Source: a virus | DNA: 64,000 bases | IMG/VR virus record: IMGVR_UViG_3300042934_000125 | Coordinates: 2,886-66,885 of that record | Reading direction: 5' to 3' (one strand) | The notes under the pieces: model-generated | Told to the model about the DNA's origin: nothing | Seen by the model: only the letters and a program-made list of their open reading frames with translations | Databases searched by the model: none | Part shown: positions 1 through 10,480 of the stretch, in pieces | Numbering within the stretch: the first letter of the stretch is position 1 | How the letters are laid out: each line of letters begins with the position of its first letter | Made by a program: the position numbers and the translations under genes

Positions 1-335
1 GGACGCTGAACCCGTGGAGCATCGCTCGGACTTATGTAGCCTGTAACTTCGCCGTTAGTCCTGAAAGGTATTAGACGGTCATTCTCGGGGACTTCATACC
101 TGTCTTGAATATACTGTATCATATCAGGATTCCGAACTAAAGCATACACTAATTGCTTTGATAGTGTAGTAGGTTTGGTTCTGCATTTCGCTGAAAGTTC
201 AAATAGCAGGTCAAAGGTTTCTTGATCAAGTGCCATGTTTACCCTTACTTTTTTATCAATTCTCACCCTAACATGACTAAACACATGAGGACTGTTCATC
301 TCAATAGCCCTCTCCCCCACCACTATTCGCTCCAT
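1..335 (-). CDS. Ribbon-helix-helix-like DNA-binding protein (runs off the window edge)
   Basis: Manual translation MERIVVGERAIEMNSPHVFSHVRVRIDKKVRVNMALDQETFDLLFELSAKCRTKPTTLSKQLVYAL...; GAGGAGG RBS upstream; not in the ORF track; beta-strand followed by two helices. Confidence 0.6.
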   Translation of the reverse strand, partial: MERIVVGERAIEMNSPHVFSHVRVRIDKKVRVNMALDQETFDLLFELSAKCRTKPTTLSKQLVYALVRNPDMIQYIQDRYEVPENDRLIPFRTNGEVTGYISPSDAPRVQR

Positions 336-427
336 TTTGCCCCTCCTCGATCACCTTAGTCTGCTAACTTTGTAACTTTGTAACTCGTACATGATTTATT
401 CTACGATAGGGCAGGGGGATTTATGCC

Positions 428-517
428 ACGCTTTAGCGTGATGACGTAGCAAAAATGCGCCTTCTATAATAATACTTATTTAATTATTATTTACTAAAGT
501 AAATAAGTAATTAAATA
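428..517 (+). repeat. Dispersed element copy 1 (GC box plus AT-rich palindrome)
   Basis: ACGCTTTAGCGTGATGACGTAGCAAAAATGCGCCTTCTATAATAATACT followed by a hairpin at 477-517; homologous to 21110-21203 (inverted) and 44007-44075. Confidence 0.9.
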
Positions 518-520
518 GCG

Positions 521-556
521 AAAAACGCCCCCAATGCTACAAAGCACCAGAGGCGT
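521..556 (-). terminator. Intrinsic terminator after endolysin
   Basis: ACGCC...GGCGT stem followed by a T-run on the minus strand. Confidence 0.6.
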
Positions 557-568
557 ATTCTAAAGCGT

Positions 569-1300
569 TTATTCAGTTGGACGACCTAATGCCTTTCTTA
601 GTTCGTTAGCGACGAAATGAGTGTATTCCTGTACGTCAGAATTGCCATTCATCTTGTGCCAATAGTCACTCAGTACAATCAAGATGTAATCTGCAACTTT
701 ATCATCCAATTCTAACTCCTCCTCGCCTTTCAGTTCCTTTTTCACATCCTCGATAAATTGAGCGTAGGTTACGCCGTATTTATTCAGAGCATGTGATGGG
801 TCAATCTTACGTTTCGGGTCAAGATGCTCATGTCCTATGATCTTCTCAGTACCTTTGTTGAATTTGTAGCAGAGGAAAGCAAAGTACCAGACGTACCTTG
901 CATATGCCTCTTTGAAGTTGATAGCTTTACCATTCTTCGCCACTCCATAGCACAATTCAACTCCGATAGCGACATCATTAGCATCGTCTCCGAACCAAGA
1001 GTTATCCGTAGTGACGTCATAGATTACATGCCATGCTTTCTCAGCCCGATCAGTTCCCGTACCTGTTGGGATAATCTCCAGAATTTTAACATCATCGATG
1101 AAGGTTTGCGCTGAAGCTGAACGATCTGTAAGACCGTTAAAGTAGATGAAATGTCCATCAGCCGTAGCCCCTTCGTTTCCTGTATCATGAGCGACAAAGA
1201 ATTGAGGCGATCCAGATACCAAGTATGCCCCGCTTCTCGTGTTGCTTCTCTTTTGGATGTATCTGCGTTCGATAGGATACTTGTTAGGATTGAAAGCCAT
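569..1300 (-). CDS. Endolysin, N-acetylmuramoyl-L-alanine amidase (Amidase_2)
   Basis: HDTGN, KAWH, IGVELC and GH...KIDP zinc-amidase motifs; follows holin. Confidence 0.92.
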   Translation of the reverse strand: MAFNPNKYPIERRYIQKRSNTRSGAYLVSGSPQFFVAHDTGNEGATADGHFIYFNGLTDRSASAQTFIDDVKILEIIPTGTGTDRAEKAWHVIYDVTTDNSWFGDDANDVAIGVELCYGVAKNGKAINFKEAYARYVWYFAFLCYKFNKGTEKIIGHEHLDPKRKIDPSHALNKYGVTYAQFIEDVKKELKGEEELELDDKVADYILIVLSDYWHKMNGNSDVQEYTHFVANELRKALGRPTE

Positions 1301-1716
1301 TATTTATCAACTCCATTTTTGTTTTTAAGCGCCGCGATCATCTCAGTTACTTTTGCAGGAACAGGAACTCCCAACTTACCGCCATTCTCAACGATTGAGA
1401 CGAACTCAAGTACAGCAAACATGATTGCAAGACCATCACCTGTGTATCCCGCGATAGATAGGTCTGCTACACTTTGTATCGTGTATACCGCACCAATCAG
1501 CATGAGGATGTAAACTTTTCTGATTAAACCCTTAATGCCTACTTTTGAACTAAGTCCCTCACCATATGCACCTACCATCAATCCAGTGATAAAATCAATC
1601 ACCATGAGAACAATAAGAGCCGTTAATGCCACTCCGATTCCCCCTACTACGTAAGAGATTCCAACCGAAATTGTACCGATGAATGTCTTTACGATATTAG
1701 CCTCCATTACTTTCAC
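1300..1716 (-). CDS. Holin (Phage_holin_4/TcdE-like)
   Basis: Three hydrophobic segments, DFITG and SIVEN..KLGVPVP motifs, basic C-terminus. Confidence 0.9.
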   Translation of the reverse strand: MKVMEANIVKTFIGTISVGISYVVGGIGVALTALIVLMVIDFITGLMVGAYGEGLSSKVGIKGLIRKVYILMLIGAVYTIQSVADLSIAGYTGDGLAIMFAVLEFVSIVENGGKLGVPVPAKVTEMIAALKNKNGVDK

Positions 1717-1771
1717 TCCCCTCTTTTAATTAGAAAAAAGCCCTACCCATTCAAGAGTAAGGCTTTATCTT

Positions 1772-4570
1772 TTAGATTGCTATCAGCGCATTCCGTAGTG
1801 CTGTCCAGTGCAGACCTTTTCTATCAATCGATGTGCTGATGATATTGTCAGTCCACGTTGGAGGTACTGAGAATAAGGTAGTATAGATGTCTAAAATTGC
1901 TTGCCGCAACTCAATCAGATGTGTTGTCCTCACGTTCGTAGGAGTACCACCGTTCCAGTCAACAATCGTCGAATCTGTCCAGACCGCTACCGCTAAGCCT
2001 CTCGCTTGACGAACATTATTGACCTTCGTTCTGATCTCATCTATCGTCCTCTTGCTGACCGCGGAATCATCATCCGCTATAGTAGTTGTCCACGAAACGG
2101 TACTAATTGAGAAAGTAACCGTTGAACTCCATGTACCCCACTCTTTTCCATCATAGGCTCTAACTCGAACATATAGCGTTCCTACACTCAGATCAGCTTG
2201 TAGCGAATATGATACCGCACCACCAGACGCTACTGATGAACCGCTCCAACCGATGACAGACGAACCAGATGTCGTATCAATGAGAGTAGTTAAGAACGTA
2301 TTTACCGTACTCACTTGAATCTGGAAATTACTTAGTGTTGCATCGTTCGCATCTGTAACAGTGAATCTAAATTTAGGTCTTTTGTTATAGATGGTTCCGC
2401 TCGACGTAAGGTTTGTAATAGTCGATACCGTATATGCGTTCGTTGTGAATGTCGTATAGTTCAGAGTACTAACATTCGTCGAATTATCGGTATATGTTAC
2501 TCCCCAACGATATTGCGTATTAGGTGTTAATCCTGTGAAGCTGTAAGATACACCTGTTACACTTTTGGGGAATGTTGGTTCGTTAACCCATGTTGAACCG
2601 TTGTACTTTTGAAGGTAAAGCGTTGTGAGTAGCAGTCCAGAAGATGCCGATCCGTCACTGAAAGGTGTCCAAGACACTCCGTTCGATGTTGCATATAATA
2701 CACCATTGGTTTGTGTTGGTGCTGTAGGGTTTGTACGGTCAATCCATGTGTCAATTCTTCCTGTGTTTAACAGGTTTCCTGCATTGTCATAGGCATACGG
2801 GTCAGTGTAGTACAAGCCCTCAGCATTTCCGAATGAGGATAAAGGAATATCACAGTACCAGTTATTTGTAGCTCCGTCTTTGATTCCGTCGAACCAAATC
2901 CAAGTTGCCCCTCCTGTTACAGTGACGTTGCATGTAGGGAATTGCACTCTATTCATGCCTGAACCGCTATCCGTTACATTGTAAGCCCATACCCTAAATG
3001 TCCCAGAGGATAAGTTTAAATACTGGGGAGGGTTTACGCCTGTGGACGTAGGCTTGACAGTATCAATTCTGAACCATTGCGTATCGCCGACAACATTATA
3101 CGGTCCTTCAACGTCATTATTGTCCCATGTCTTGATTCTGTAGTAATAAACGCCATCAGGAATTCCGTAAAACTCCCAACTTTGATTAGAATTAACGACC
3201 TTCCCTGTGTCCAAGATAACATCCGTGAAGGTGTGATTCCTTGAAATTTGTACAGTCCACGCGCTTTGTGTGTTTCCTGCGTCAGGGTCTTGGAATGTCC
3301 AACCAACGGGAACTGTCGAACTATTGTAACTATTTCCGTATAGTGGATACTGCGGTACAGGTGCGCTTGGCGCATTGTTGTAAGTCCTTGTCCATGTCCG
3401 ATGTTGATTGTATCCTGTTGGATAGCCTTGAACAATGGCAACGGTTGTATTTCGTTGCGTTGAATTTGCTCGCCTATTAAAAGACATATTATCTTGACTT
3501 TGCAAAGAGAAGTTGCCCGAAGGATTTGATATAAGATGCCATTGATCAACCAACTTTGTGCCCATTGTAGTAAAGACGCTTGCATAGACGCCGCCCGATG
3601 TGTTTTGTTGGCTGTAATGATAGAACACCCAAATTTCCCCGCTTGGAGACATTTGCGCACCCGAAAAATAAAAGTTTGTTGTCGCCGTGTATAATTGTGG
3701 AGCATGTTCGACCCATGCAATACTTGAACCTGAGATATCGGATGTTCTATACATCCTAAATTCCCATTGATTGTTAGTGGCTAACATATACAAGTAACCA
3801 TCTGTAGGATGTACAAGTAATGTCCTCGCATTCCATCCCGTAAATCCTGCTGTGAAGGTGTGATATTCAAGTGTAGATGTTCCCAATGGGACTGTTAAAA
3901 AACGGGCTGGAGTAGTTGGGTTTTCGACTGGAACACTAAATATAACCCTCCCTTTGTATTCAACGATAGAATACGAGAGGTTTGGTTGAAAATTCCAAAT
4001 TAATTCATTTGCCCGCATCGTCCATAGTGCTGTTGGTGATCCCCAAGAAAACGCACCATTGAAGTAGTAATACTGATCATCGTCTGACGAGTAGTTAATA
4101 TAGTAATGCCAAGCAATATAAATTCTATCATCAGAACCGTATAGAATACCGAAGGGTCTGGATGCATCGTAACCGTTAAGCGTAAATGTTGCCCACCAAC
4201 CGTTACCTCCTGCGTCCGTATTATCGTTCACGGTTCCTTGCGTGACAACGGAAAGATCAACACCACCTAAAAAGGATATTGTTCCACTATTCCACGATGC
4301 GGCAAAGGCTACTTTCATACCTTTTGCGGAAATTACTATTGCCGAATAACTTGAATTACTTGATGTTCGTCTAAATCTGCAATACTCTGTATAGCTTTGT
4401 CCGTTATTGGTTGAGCGGAACAAAACCATGTGATAGACAGGTGAACTTTGCCCATTGGTAGATGCAATATAGACTAATGAACCGTCTGACAATTCAGCCA
4501 CGTTACTGACCGCGAATGAACCCGTGACATTTGTACCCGTTATGACGGGGGATGATGCATAATCTGCCAT
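1772..4570 (-). CDS. Tail fibre/receptor-binding adhesin with FN3/Ig-like domains
   Basis: Ser/Thr/Gly/Asn-rich beta content, FN3 motifs (YYYRIKTWD, YVRVRAYDGKEWG), last tail gene before the lysis cassette. Confidence 0.75.
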   Translation of the reverse strand: MADYASSPVITGTNVTGSFAVSNVAELSDGSLVYIASTNGQSSPVYHMVLFRSTNNGQSYTEYCRFRRTSSNSSYSAIVISAKGMKVAFAASWNSGTISFLGGVDLSVVTQGTVNDNTDAGGNGWWATFTLNGYDASRPFGILYGSDDRIYIAWHYYINYSSDDDQYYYFNGAFSWGSPTALWTMRANELIWNFQPNLSYSIVEYKGRVIFSVPVENPTTPARFLTVPLGTSTLEYHTFTAGFTGWNARTLLVHPTDGYLYMLATNNQWEFRMYRTSDISGSSIAWVEHAPQLYTATTNFYFSGAQMSPSGEIWVFYHYSQQNTSGGVYASVFTTMGTKLVDQWHLISNPSGNFSLQSQDNMSFNRRANSTQRNTTVAIVQGYPTGYNQHRTWTRTYNNAPSAPVPQYPLYGNSYNSSTVPVGWTFQDPDAGNTQSAWTVQISRNHTFTDVILDTGKVVNSNQSWEFYGIPDGVYYYRIKTWDNNDVEGPYNVVGDTQWFRIDTVKPTSTGVNPPQYLNLSSGTFRVWAYNVTDSGSGMNRVQFPTCNVTVTGGATWIWFDGIKDGATNNWYCDIPLSSFGNAEGLYYTDPYAYDNAGNLLNTGRIDTWIDRTNPTAPTQTNGVLYATSNGVSWTPFSDGSASSGLLLTTLYLQKYNGSTWVNEPTFPKSVTGVSYSFTGLTPNTQYRWGVTYTDNSTNVSTLNYTTFTTNAYTVSTITNLTSSGTIYNKRPKFRFTVTDANDATLSNFQIQVSTVNTFLTTLIDTTSGSSVIGWSGSSVASGGAVSYSLQADLSVGTLYVRVRAYDGKEWGTWSSTVTFSISTVSWTTTIADDDSAVSKRTIDEIRTKVNNVRQARGLAVAVWTDSTIVDWNGGTPTNVRTTHLIELRQAILDIYTTLFSVPPTWTDNIISTSIDRKGLHWTALRNALIAI

Positions 4571-4609
4571 TCAATTCATCTCCTTTATTTAAACAAAGAA
4601 AAACGCCCC

Positions 4610-4855
4610 TTACGGAGCGTACTTCTTCGCCTTTGCTATTTCTGCGTCAACGTACTCTTTAGAAGTTGCGTGTTTCGCGAGAGTAGGTAATTGATCTACT
4701 GTCACATTCCCTGTAAAGGACGGGTTAGCTTTGGGAGCGTTTTTTGCAATCTCCTCGTCAATCTTTGAGAAGTTCTCATTAAACTCTGTCCGCTTCACAT
4801 AATCCGTACCTTCCCAAGAATGTAAATTCAAGTTAGGTGTCTTATTTGTACTCAT
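4610..4855 (-). CDS. Small tail fibre-associated protein
   Basis: TPNLNLHSW...DYV...FNENFSKID and HATSKEYVD motifs typical of Bacillota phage fibre N-termini. Confidence 0.7.
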   Translation of the reverse strand: MSTNKTPNLNLHSWEGTDYVKRTEFNENFSKIDEEIAKNAPKANPSFTGNVTVDQLPTLAKHATSKEYVDAEIAKAKKYAP

Positions 4856-4867
4856 TGAAATCCTCCT

Positions 4868-7576
4868 CTACACAATTAATGTCTCTAACTCGTCCCATTT
4901 TAGCAAGTCAAGACCATTGAAATCTTCCTGCAGGATCAATTGAATCTCGTCCCAGTGAGAATATGTGAACTCGTAGATGATAGCTAAGTGAGCAGGAATA
5001 ATACTTCTCATAGCTTCTTCGATGTCATCCATATTAGGAGGATTACCTCTTTTGCCCACGAACTTGATCCCTACAGTAAACGCCTCTTGTGGTTCGAACT
5101 CAGTCTTAACACCTTGTTCAAGTTGCGGGTTAGTGAAGGAAATATTCCCCTTTGAACCGTTAGCGTTTTTGAAGTAAACTCTAATATTCGTATTCAATCC
5201 GCTGTTAAAATTTATTGTGTCTGCTGTCGTATAGCTATAAATAACCGTCGACCCGTCCGCGCTATATATTGCAACCGCCGCATTTGTTGAAGGCGTATAA
5301 GATAGAACATATGTTGTATTTGGCGCAACGTCTACATTTACATAGCTCGCTTCAGCGTCAACCGTGGCGCTTAGATTCAACTTATACGGGTTTCCTTGAT
5401 CAACTTGAGCATCTGATTTTGTTACCCCACTTACAACGTTAGCCTCAACAATTAACTCTATATAGTCCGTGTTAATCGTTGACGCGATTGTTCCGTTTGA
5501 CGCGTCTGCATAGGCGAGGAAGTGACAGAATCCATTGGCGTCAATTCTGTCTGCAATTGCATATCCCGCACCGCTTGACGGTGTTGAGTTTCGCGTTATA
5601 GCTAATACACCGCTGCCCACATGTGAGCCTGAATTATTCCATTGTGAACCAGTCACGTTCCAAGCGGATACTGTAGCTTTATTCCCACTCGGACCCGATC
5701 CGTACCCATGCCAATTTCCTGTTAACTTAGTAACATTAGCCTTTAGCCATGTAACTTTTTCAGCAACGTTAGCGCCTGGAATTGTAACATTGTACTTCCG
5801 CTCGACAATGGCAATAAGATCAAAGGAAAATAGCTGCTGCGCGATGTTTCCGTTTGTTAGCCCTGAAGTGTTTGCGGCTGATCCATTTAATGTACTAACT
5901 AAGCCGTAACCCGCGCTGGAAAACTCACTCCAAGGACCAGTAGGGGCAAGAAGACTTGTAAACACTGCACCGCTTGAGTTGTTATTGTTCGCCCACGGTT
6001 TAACGAAATAGATTACCAAGTCCACATAGTCCGTGTTTATGGTAGATGCTATGGTTCCATTACTTGCGTCTGCAAAAGCGAGGTAATGAACGAACCCGTT
6101 AGCATCAATTACGAAGTTGACAGCAGAACTTCCTACAGTAACCTTAGTTACACTTGCATTTGTATGATGTTGTGTACCATCCCAATTTGAACTGGAGACG
6201 TTCCACATTCTCAAATTAGCTTTATTTCCACTTTGTCCACTTCCGAACCCGTGCCAATTACACGTCAACGATTTTACAATGTTTTTTGCTGTTATTACCT
6301 TTTCAGTTATTGAAGCCCCTAATGATATACCATATTTATTTTCAATAAGGGAAACGATATCGAATGAAAATAACTGTTGTGCTATCCCGCCGTTATTCAT
6401 TACAGAGTTTATACTCGTAACTGTTCCGTTAAGGCTTGTTATCTGCGGATAGAATATAGAGTCAAATTCTATCAATGTCGCCGTTGGTAAAGCTAACGAA
6501 GTTGACCCGTTCATTGCTGTAGCTGTTCTCTTTGCGGTATTCGCATTCATCCACGGCTTCACATAGTCTAATACTAACTCTACATAGTCCGTATTGATTG
6601 TAGATGCTATCGTTCCATTAGATGCTTCAGCATGTACAAGGAGATGAACGAAACCATTAGCGTCTACCCTTGCCGAAATAGTTACGGAAGATGGCGAAAC
6701 TTTAGCCACAACCCCCAAACTATTTGAGACGCTTGCATCCCAAACGGAAGACGATGTATTCCATAAAGCGGTTTTCCCTGAATTACCGCTCGGACCGCTC
6801 CCGAAACCGTGCCAGTTAAACGTTAAGGATTTAATAATATTCTTGGCTTGTGCGACCTTTGCCGCTAAATCAACGCCCAATGAAATACCGTGTTTACGCT
6901 CGATGATTTCAATAACGTTGAAAGAGAGTAATTGTTGCGCCATGAAAGTGCTTGTTGTATTTGAAGTAGTAACGTATGGGGCACCATTAAGAGATGACAC
7001 GTATCCGTACTGAAAATCGAAGTTTTCCGCCCAATTTCCCGTTGGTACGATCAACGTAGCCGCACCATTACTTCTTTTCATTACATTTGGATTATCTACC
7101 GTACTACCCGCAACTTTTCCAACAAAGTTAACTGTTTCCGTGTCGGCTCTATCAACAAAGTTTGTTGTTTCTGTTTGTGCCCTATCCACAAAATTAGAAA
7201 GCATGGTTGCTTTGTTGAATAAAGTCCAGTGCGTGAAAGGAGGAATTTTGTTCTTTACATACTCCTTAACCTCTACTTCCCCGTTCAGATATGCTTGTGC
7301 TACATCTTGTACCAGATTCTTCGTGACTGTACCGTACCCGCGAAGTTTTGATTTGATGAAAGAACGTCTATCCAAATCCGTCTTTGTAAGGTCTGTACGA
7401 ATATCCAAGAACTGCTCCCAATAATCGAGTCCCCACGTAGCTGTATCGACATATAGTTGATTCTTCAAATCCTCGATACTACCTCTGAATCGCCCTGTTT
7501 GAGAGAGCAATTCAGTGTATACCTCTTTGATAATTTTGTCTTTCAGTAGAAAGTCTGGAAGATATCTTACAGCCAT
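4868..7576 (-). CDS. Baseplate wedge protein (XkdU/YmfQ/DUF2313-like) with a large repeat insertion
   Basis: N-terminal TATWGLDYWE...RRSFIKSKLRGYGT and C-terminal IIPAHL..YEFTY halves flank about 720 aa containing three internal repeats. Confidence 0.8.
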   Translation of the reverse strand: MAVRYLPDFLLKDKIIKEVYTELLSQTGRFRGSIEDLKNQLYVDTATWGLDYWEQFLDIRTDLTKTDLDRRSFIKSKLRGYGTVTKNLVQDVAQAYLNGEVEVKEYVKNKIPPFTHWTLFNKATMLSNFVDRAQTETTNFVDRADTETVNFVGKVAGSTVDNPNVMKRSNGAATLIVPTGNWAENFDFQYGYVSSLNGAPYVTTSNTTSTFMAQQLLSFNVIEIIERKHGISLGVDLAAKVAQAKNIIKSLTFNWHGFGSGPSGNSGKTALWNTSSSVWDASVSNSLGVVAKVSPSSVTISARVDANGFVHLLVHAEASNGTIASTINTDYVELVLDYVKPWMNANTAKRTATAMNGSTSLALPTATLIEFDSIFYPQITSLNGTVTSINSVMNNGGIAQQLFSFDIVSLIENKYGISLGASITEKVITAKNIVKSLTCNWHGFGSGQSGNKANLRMWNVSSSNWDGTQHHTNASVTKVTVGSSAVNFVIDANGFVHYLAFADASNGTIASTINTDYVDLVIYFVKPWANNNNSSGAVFTSLLAPTGPWSEFSSAGYGLVSTLNGSAANTSGLTNGNIAQQLFSFDLIAIVERKYNVTIPGANVAEKVTWLKANVTKLTGNWHGYGSGPSGNKATVSAWNVTGSQWNNSGSHVGSGVLAITRNSTPSSGAGYAIADRIDANGFCHFLAYADASNGTIASTINTDYIELIVEANVVSGVTKSDAQVDQGNPYKLNLSATVDAEASYVNVDVAPNTTYVLSYTPSTNAAVAIYSADGSTVIYSYTTADTINFNSGLNTNIRVYFKNANGSKGNISFTNPQLEQGVKTEFEPQEAFTVGIKFVGKRGNPPNMDDIEEAMRSIIPAHLAIIYEFTYSHWDEIQLILQEDFNGLDLLKWDELETLIV

Positions 7577-8631
7577 GTAAATGTCACCGTCCCTAAGATA
7601 GCAACCTCTTCATCTCCTACCAAGACATTAGAGGTCGTACCGTTCAATTGTAAATTTGAATAATCAGTTACGCCTACAGAGTCAAGGATTGCATTTCCTA
7701 ACAATGCTTGAGATACAAATGATTGTTTAAAGGCAATCGTCTTTAGATAAGCTGTAATAGATGCTTTGATGTTAGCGTCTACTGTGGCTTGAGAGTAGTT
7801 CGTATTTCTTGTGACTGTTACGGATACATCGATCACTTTAGGAGTCGCGCTTATTACCGTCAGGATTGCCCCGATAGGTCTAACAGACTCGATGTAATCA
7901 TATACCTCCGTCACTTTTGGAGCATTAACGTCTTTCTTATCAGAGGAAATGACAACGACTTTTACTGTTTGCGCCCCGTTCCATACTGGATAGACTTTTG
8001 CATCCCCGATTCCGCTTACTTCCAATGCCCAAATCTTGTAATGATTCGGATTACCTGAAGTAACTGGAATACGCGTCTTGGCGTATAGACGTTCCCTTAG
8101 AGCGTCATCACCCTCTACGTCAACTCCATTGACCACCGCGCTTTGGTTTGTGACCGCTGAAACGCCTGAGATGGCTTGAGGAAGTTTTACGATCGTATTT
8201 GCAGGTACGTTATAAATCGATCCGATGTTAGCCGCTTCTGCTTTGATATCCGCGATTCCCGCCGCAATTGCTTTGGCTTCAGTTGTTACATAGTTCAGAC
8301 CATCATTTGTTGACACCGTGGTTCCGATTGGAATGTTTACTCCGTTCGTACCTGTGAACCTGATTGTCATAGTTGCCTTCTCTCCTTGCTTCCTGTCAAC
8401 GCCGAACTCAGATGCTCTCATAGTAAGATAGTTATCAGAACTCGTTTGAGCGAACAGCAATTCAAGCGCAGTATCCAAACTGATATATCCTTGCTCCATC
8501 TCGTTAGCCACTACGGACACGATATCTTGAGTAAAGGAGCCTTCGGATTTATCTACATCATTTGTTATGTTAGTTAACATACTGCTCTTAAGAAGGGCTT
8601 CGGTGTTTGTTTCTTTAAACATCAACATCAA
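7567..8631 (-). CDS. Baseplate J-like protein (XkdT-like)
   Basis: DKSEGSF, E.DDALRER, SGN..HYK.WALEV.G motifs; synteny. Confidence 0.9.
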   Translation of the reverse strand: MMLMFKETNTEALLKSSMLTNITNDVDKSEGSFTQDIVSVVANEMEQGYISLDTALELLFAQTSSDNYLTMRASEFGVDRKQGEKATMTIRFTGTNGVNIPIGTTVSTNDGLNYVTTEAKAIAAGIADIKAEAANIGSIYNVPANTIVKLPQAISGVSAVTNQSAVVNGVDVEGDDALRERLYAKTRIPVTSGNPNHYKIWALEVSGIGDAKVYPVWNGAQTVKVVVISSDKKDVNAPKVTEVYDYIESVRPIGAILTVISATPKVIDVSVTVTRNTNYSQATVDANIKASITAYLKTIAFKQSFVSQALLGNAILDSVGVTDYSNLQLNGTTSNVLVGDEEVAILGTVTFTWL

Positions 8632-9043
8632 CCTCCCCGTAGATCGTTACGATACGAAATTGTATGTTCAATTGAGACTCATTGAACTCTACTTGTACAT
8701 TACGTATGTCCACGATATAGGGATTTATAGACAGTGCTTCCTTGATATATCGGACAACTTCGGCTCTGATTGCCTCTCTGGAATATCGGCTCCCGATCAG
8801 TGATTCGAACTCATTTCCATAGTCCCATGAATAGGCTCTGAATTTGAATCGATCAGTCTTGAGGGCTTTGTATGCCCATACTTTTACAGCATCTTTACGC
8901 TCCACAATCTGCATCTTTCCGTTCTTCAGCAAAAATTCATCCTTTTCAAAGTCCCACGCATACTCCTTTGGAATCGGGAGCGTTGTAGTTGCCGATGTCT
9001 CCTTTACGTCATTACCATTTAGAAATGGAAAAAGACTACTCAT
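8615..9043 (-). CDS. Baseplate/sheath initiator (XkdS/DUF2634-like)
   Basis: EYAWDFE, KALKTDR, YSWDYGNE, TIYGE motifs. Confidence 0.85.
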   Translation of the reverse strand: MSSLFPFLNGNDVKETSATTTLPIPKEYAWDFEKDEFLLKNGKMQIVERKDAVKVWAYKALKTDRFKFRAYSWDYGNEFESLIGSRYSREAIRAEVVRYIKEALSINPYIVDIRNVQVEFNESQLNIQFRIVTIYGEVDVDV

Positions 9044-9393
9044 GCTCTCACCACCCTCGCTAATACTATGTATTGCTGTTTATCTGCTGTAGGAAGTACC
9101 GCAACGATATCTCCTACCTCCAATGAATCTTTGAACGTCATGTCACCTTTAACATCTGTCAGTTCTGGTACTGAGATGGACTCAGATTCGATCTCGACCT
9201 CTCGTTTGTAGTCAGGTACGAGATGGTCTGCAAAGTAGAGGTTGTCTCTGTCCAGTTGTAGCTTCCCAATTGTGATTGTGACATCTGGAAATGCGGAAGA
9301 AACTTCAGCTAAAAGAATAGAAGGTGGGTTATTCACCGCACCCTCCTCCCTCATAAAGGATATTAGTTTGGAATATGGATTGTCCTTGTTCAT
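9040..9393 (-). CDS. Baseplate spike protein (XkdR/DUF2577-like)
   Basis: L.VGD.VAVLP...QQYIVL motif; synteny. Confidence 0.8.
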   Translation of the reverse strand: MNKDNPYSKLISFMREEGAVNNPPSILLAEVSSAFPDVTITIGKLQLDRDNLYFADHLVPDYKREVEIESESISVPELTDVKGDMTFKDSLEVGDIVAVLPTADKQQYIVLARVVRA

Positions 9394-9405
9394 AACTCAC
9401 CTTCC

Positions 9406-10479
9406 TTATTTGAATAAGTCTGCTACTTGTTCCGCGGTCAAATTAATTTCTCCCGCCTTCTTAGCTCGTTTCTTCTTCGATTTAGCGGTTTGAATACGTT
9501 TACCCGCTGTAGTTTTGTCGATCATCGCATTCATGTTTGTACGAAGCGTCATCGTGTACAGACCATCTTGCCATACGTGTGAATCACTCTCGATAACGAA
9601 TTGACCTACAAGACCTGTGTATTGATCTTCGATCATGACTCCATTACCTGTGATACATTCAATATGTCCCAGAGCACGAACAGAACCAGTCCATTCTACA
9701 GGAACCAACATCGATTCCGCGATTGGAACTTGTTCTCCTTCGTACAGCTTATAGATGTCCTGAATAACCCCATACTGTAAATCGTCAGCGCTCTCGACCG
9801 TTTTTACCTCTGCGCCTTTCTCGTTAATAATCTTCACGCGATTGACCATGTTCTCAAGGCTTCCGCTGAACGTAGTATCTGTTACTGTACCTTCTCCCGT
9901 CTGGGTATCATAGTTCGAAAGTACCACATCTGGGATGTATTCACCGTTCTGAATGACCAAGAGTTTGCCTTTATCCATGCAAGCGTAGTACTTCATGCCG
10001 TCCTGCAGATACGCTTCTGTATAAGCAGTCATGATAATGTCATACAGAGTACTCGAATCAAATATTTTATTGATCTTCACGCCCGATTGATACAGATCAC
10101 CTATAGGTATTCCGTAATCGTCGCACACTTTTTTTGCGATATATTCAGGAGTTACGCCTTTGAAGTTGTATACTTCCTTGCTTTTCAGGAGATAAATGAG
10201 TCCATCATAGGCTTTTACAGTCATTTCATTCTCGTTGTATCCCTTTGAGAGTGTGAAAATGTATCCGCTGAACAACTCGATTCCGTCATCTGTGATCAAT
10301 TTGAGCATTTGACCTAACTTTACATCCAATACAGGGAGGTAATAGTCATTAGGAGAAGCCAAGATACCAAGATCAAGGCTCCTCGATGCTGATTGACTAT
10401 CTCCAGACCATTCAATTCTTGTAACCAGTTCAGAGATATCGATGATACCGTCAGGACTGATCCATTGGACGATTGCCAT
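9406..10479 (-). CDS. Baseplate hub protein (XkdQ-like)
   Basis: WSGD...ASRSL, AYDGLIYL, SDSHVW.DG motifs. Confidence 0.85.
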   Translation of the reverse strand: MAIVQWISPDGIIDISELVTRIEWSGDSQSASRSLDLGILASPNDYYLPVLDVKLGQMLKLITDDGIELFSGYIFTLSKGYNENEMTVKAYDGLIYLLKSKEVYNFKGVTPEYIAKKVCDDYGIPIGDLYQSGVKINKIFDSSTLYDIIMTAYTEAYLQDGMKYYACMDKGKLLVIQNGEYIPDVVLSNYDTQTGEGTVTDTTFSGSLENMVNRVKIINEKGAEVKTVESADDLQYGVIQDIYKLYEGEQVPIAESMLVPVEWTGSVRALGHIECITGNGVMIEDQYTGLVGQFVIESDSHVWQDGLYTMTLRTNMNAMIDKTTAGKRIQTAKSKKKRAKKAGEINLTAEQVADLFK

Positions 10480-10480
10480 A

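Noticed and set aside
5450-6960. Nucleotide repeats in the baseplate gene as a diversity-generating retroelement
   Set aside because: They are in-frame domain duplications without adenine-specific differences, and no reverse transcriptase is present
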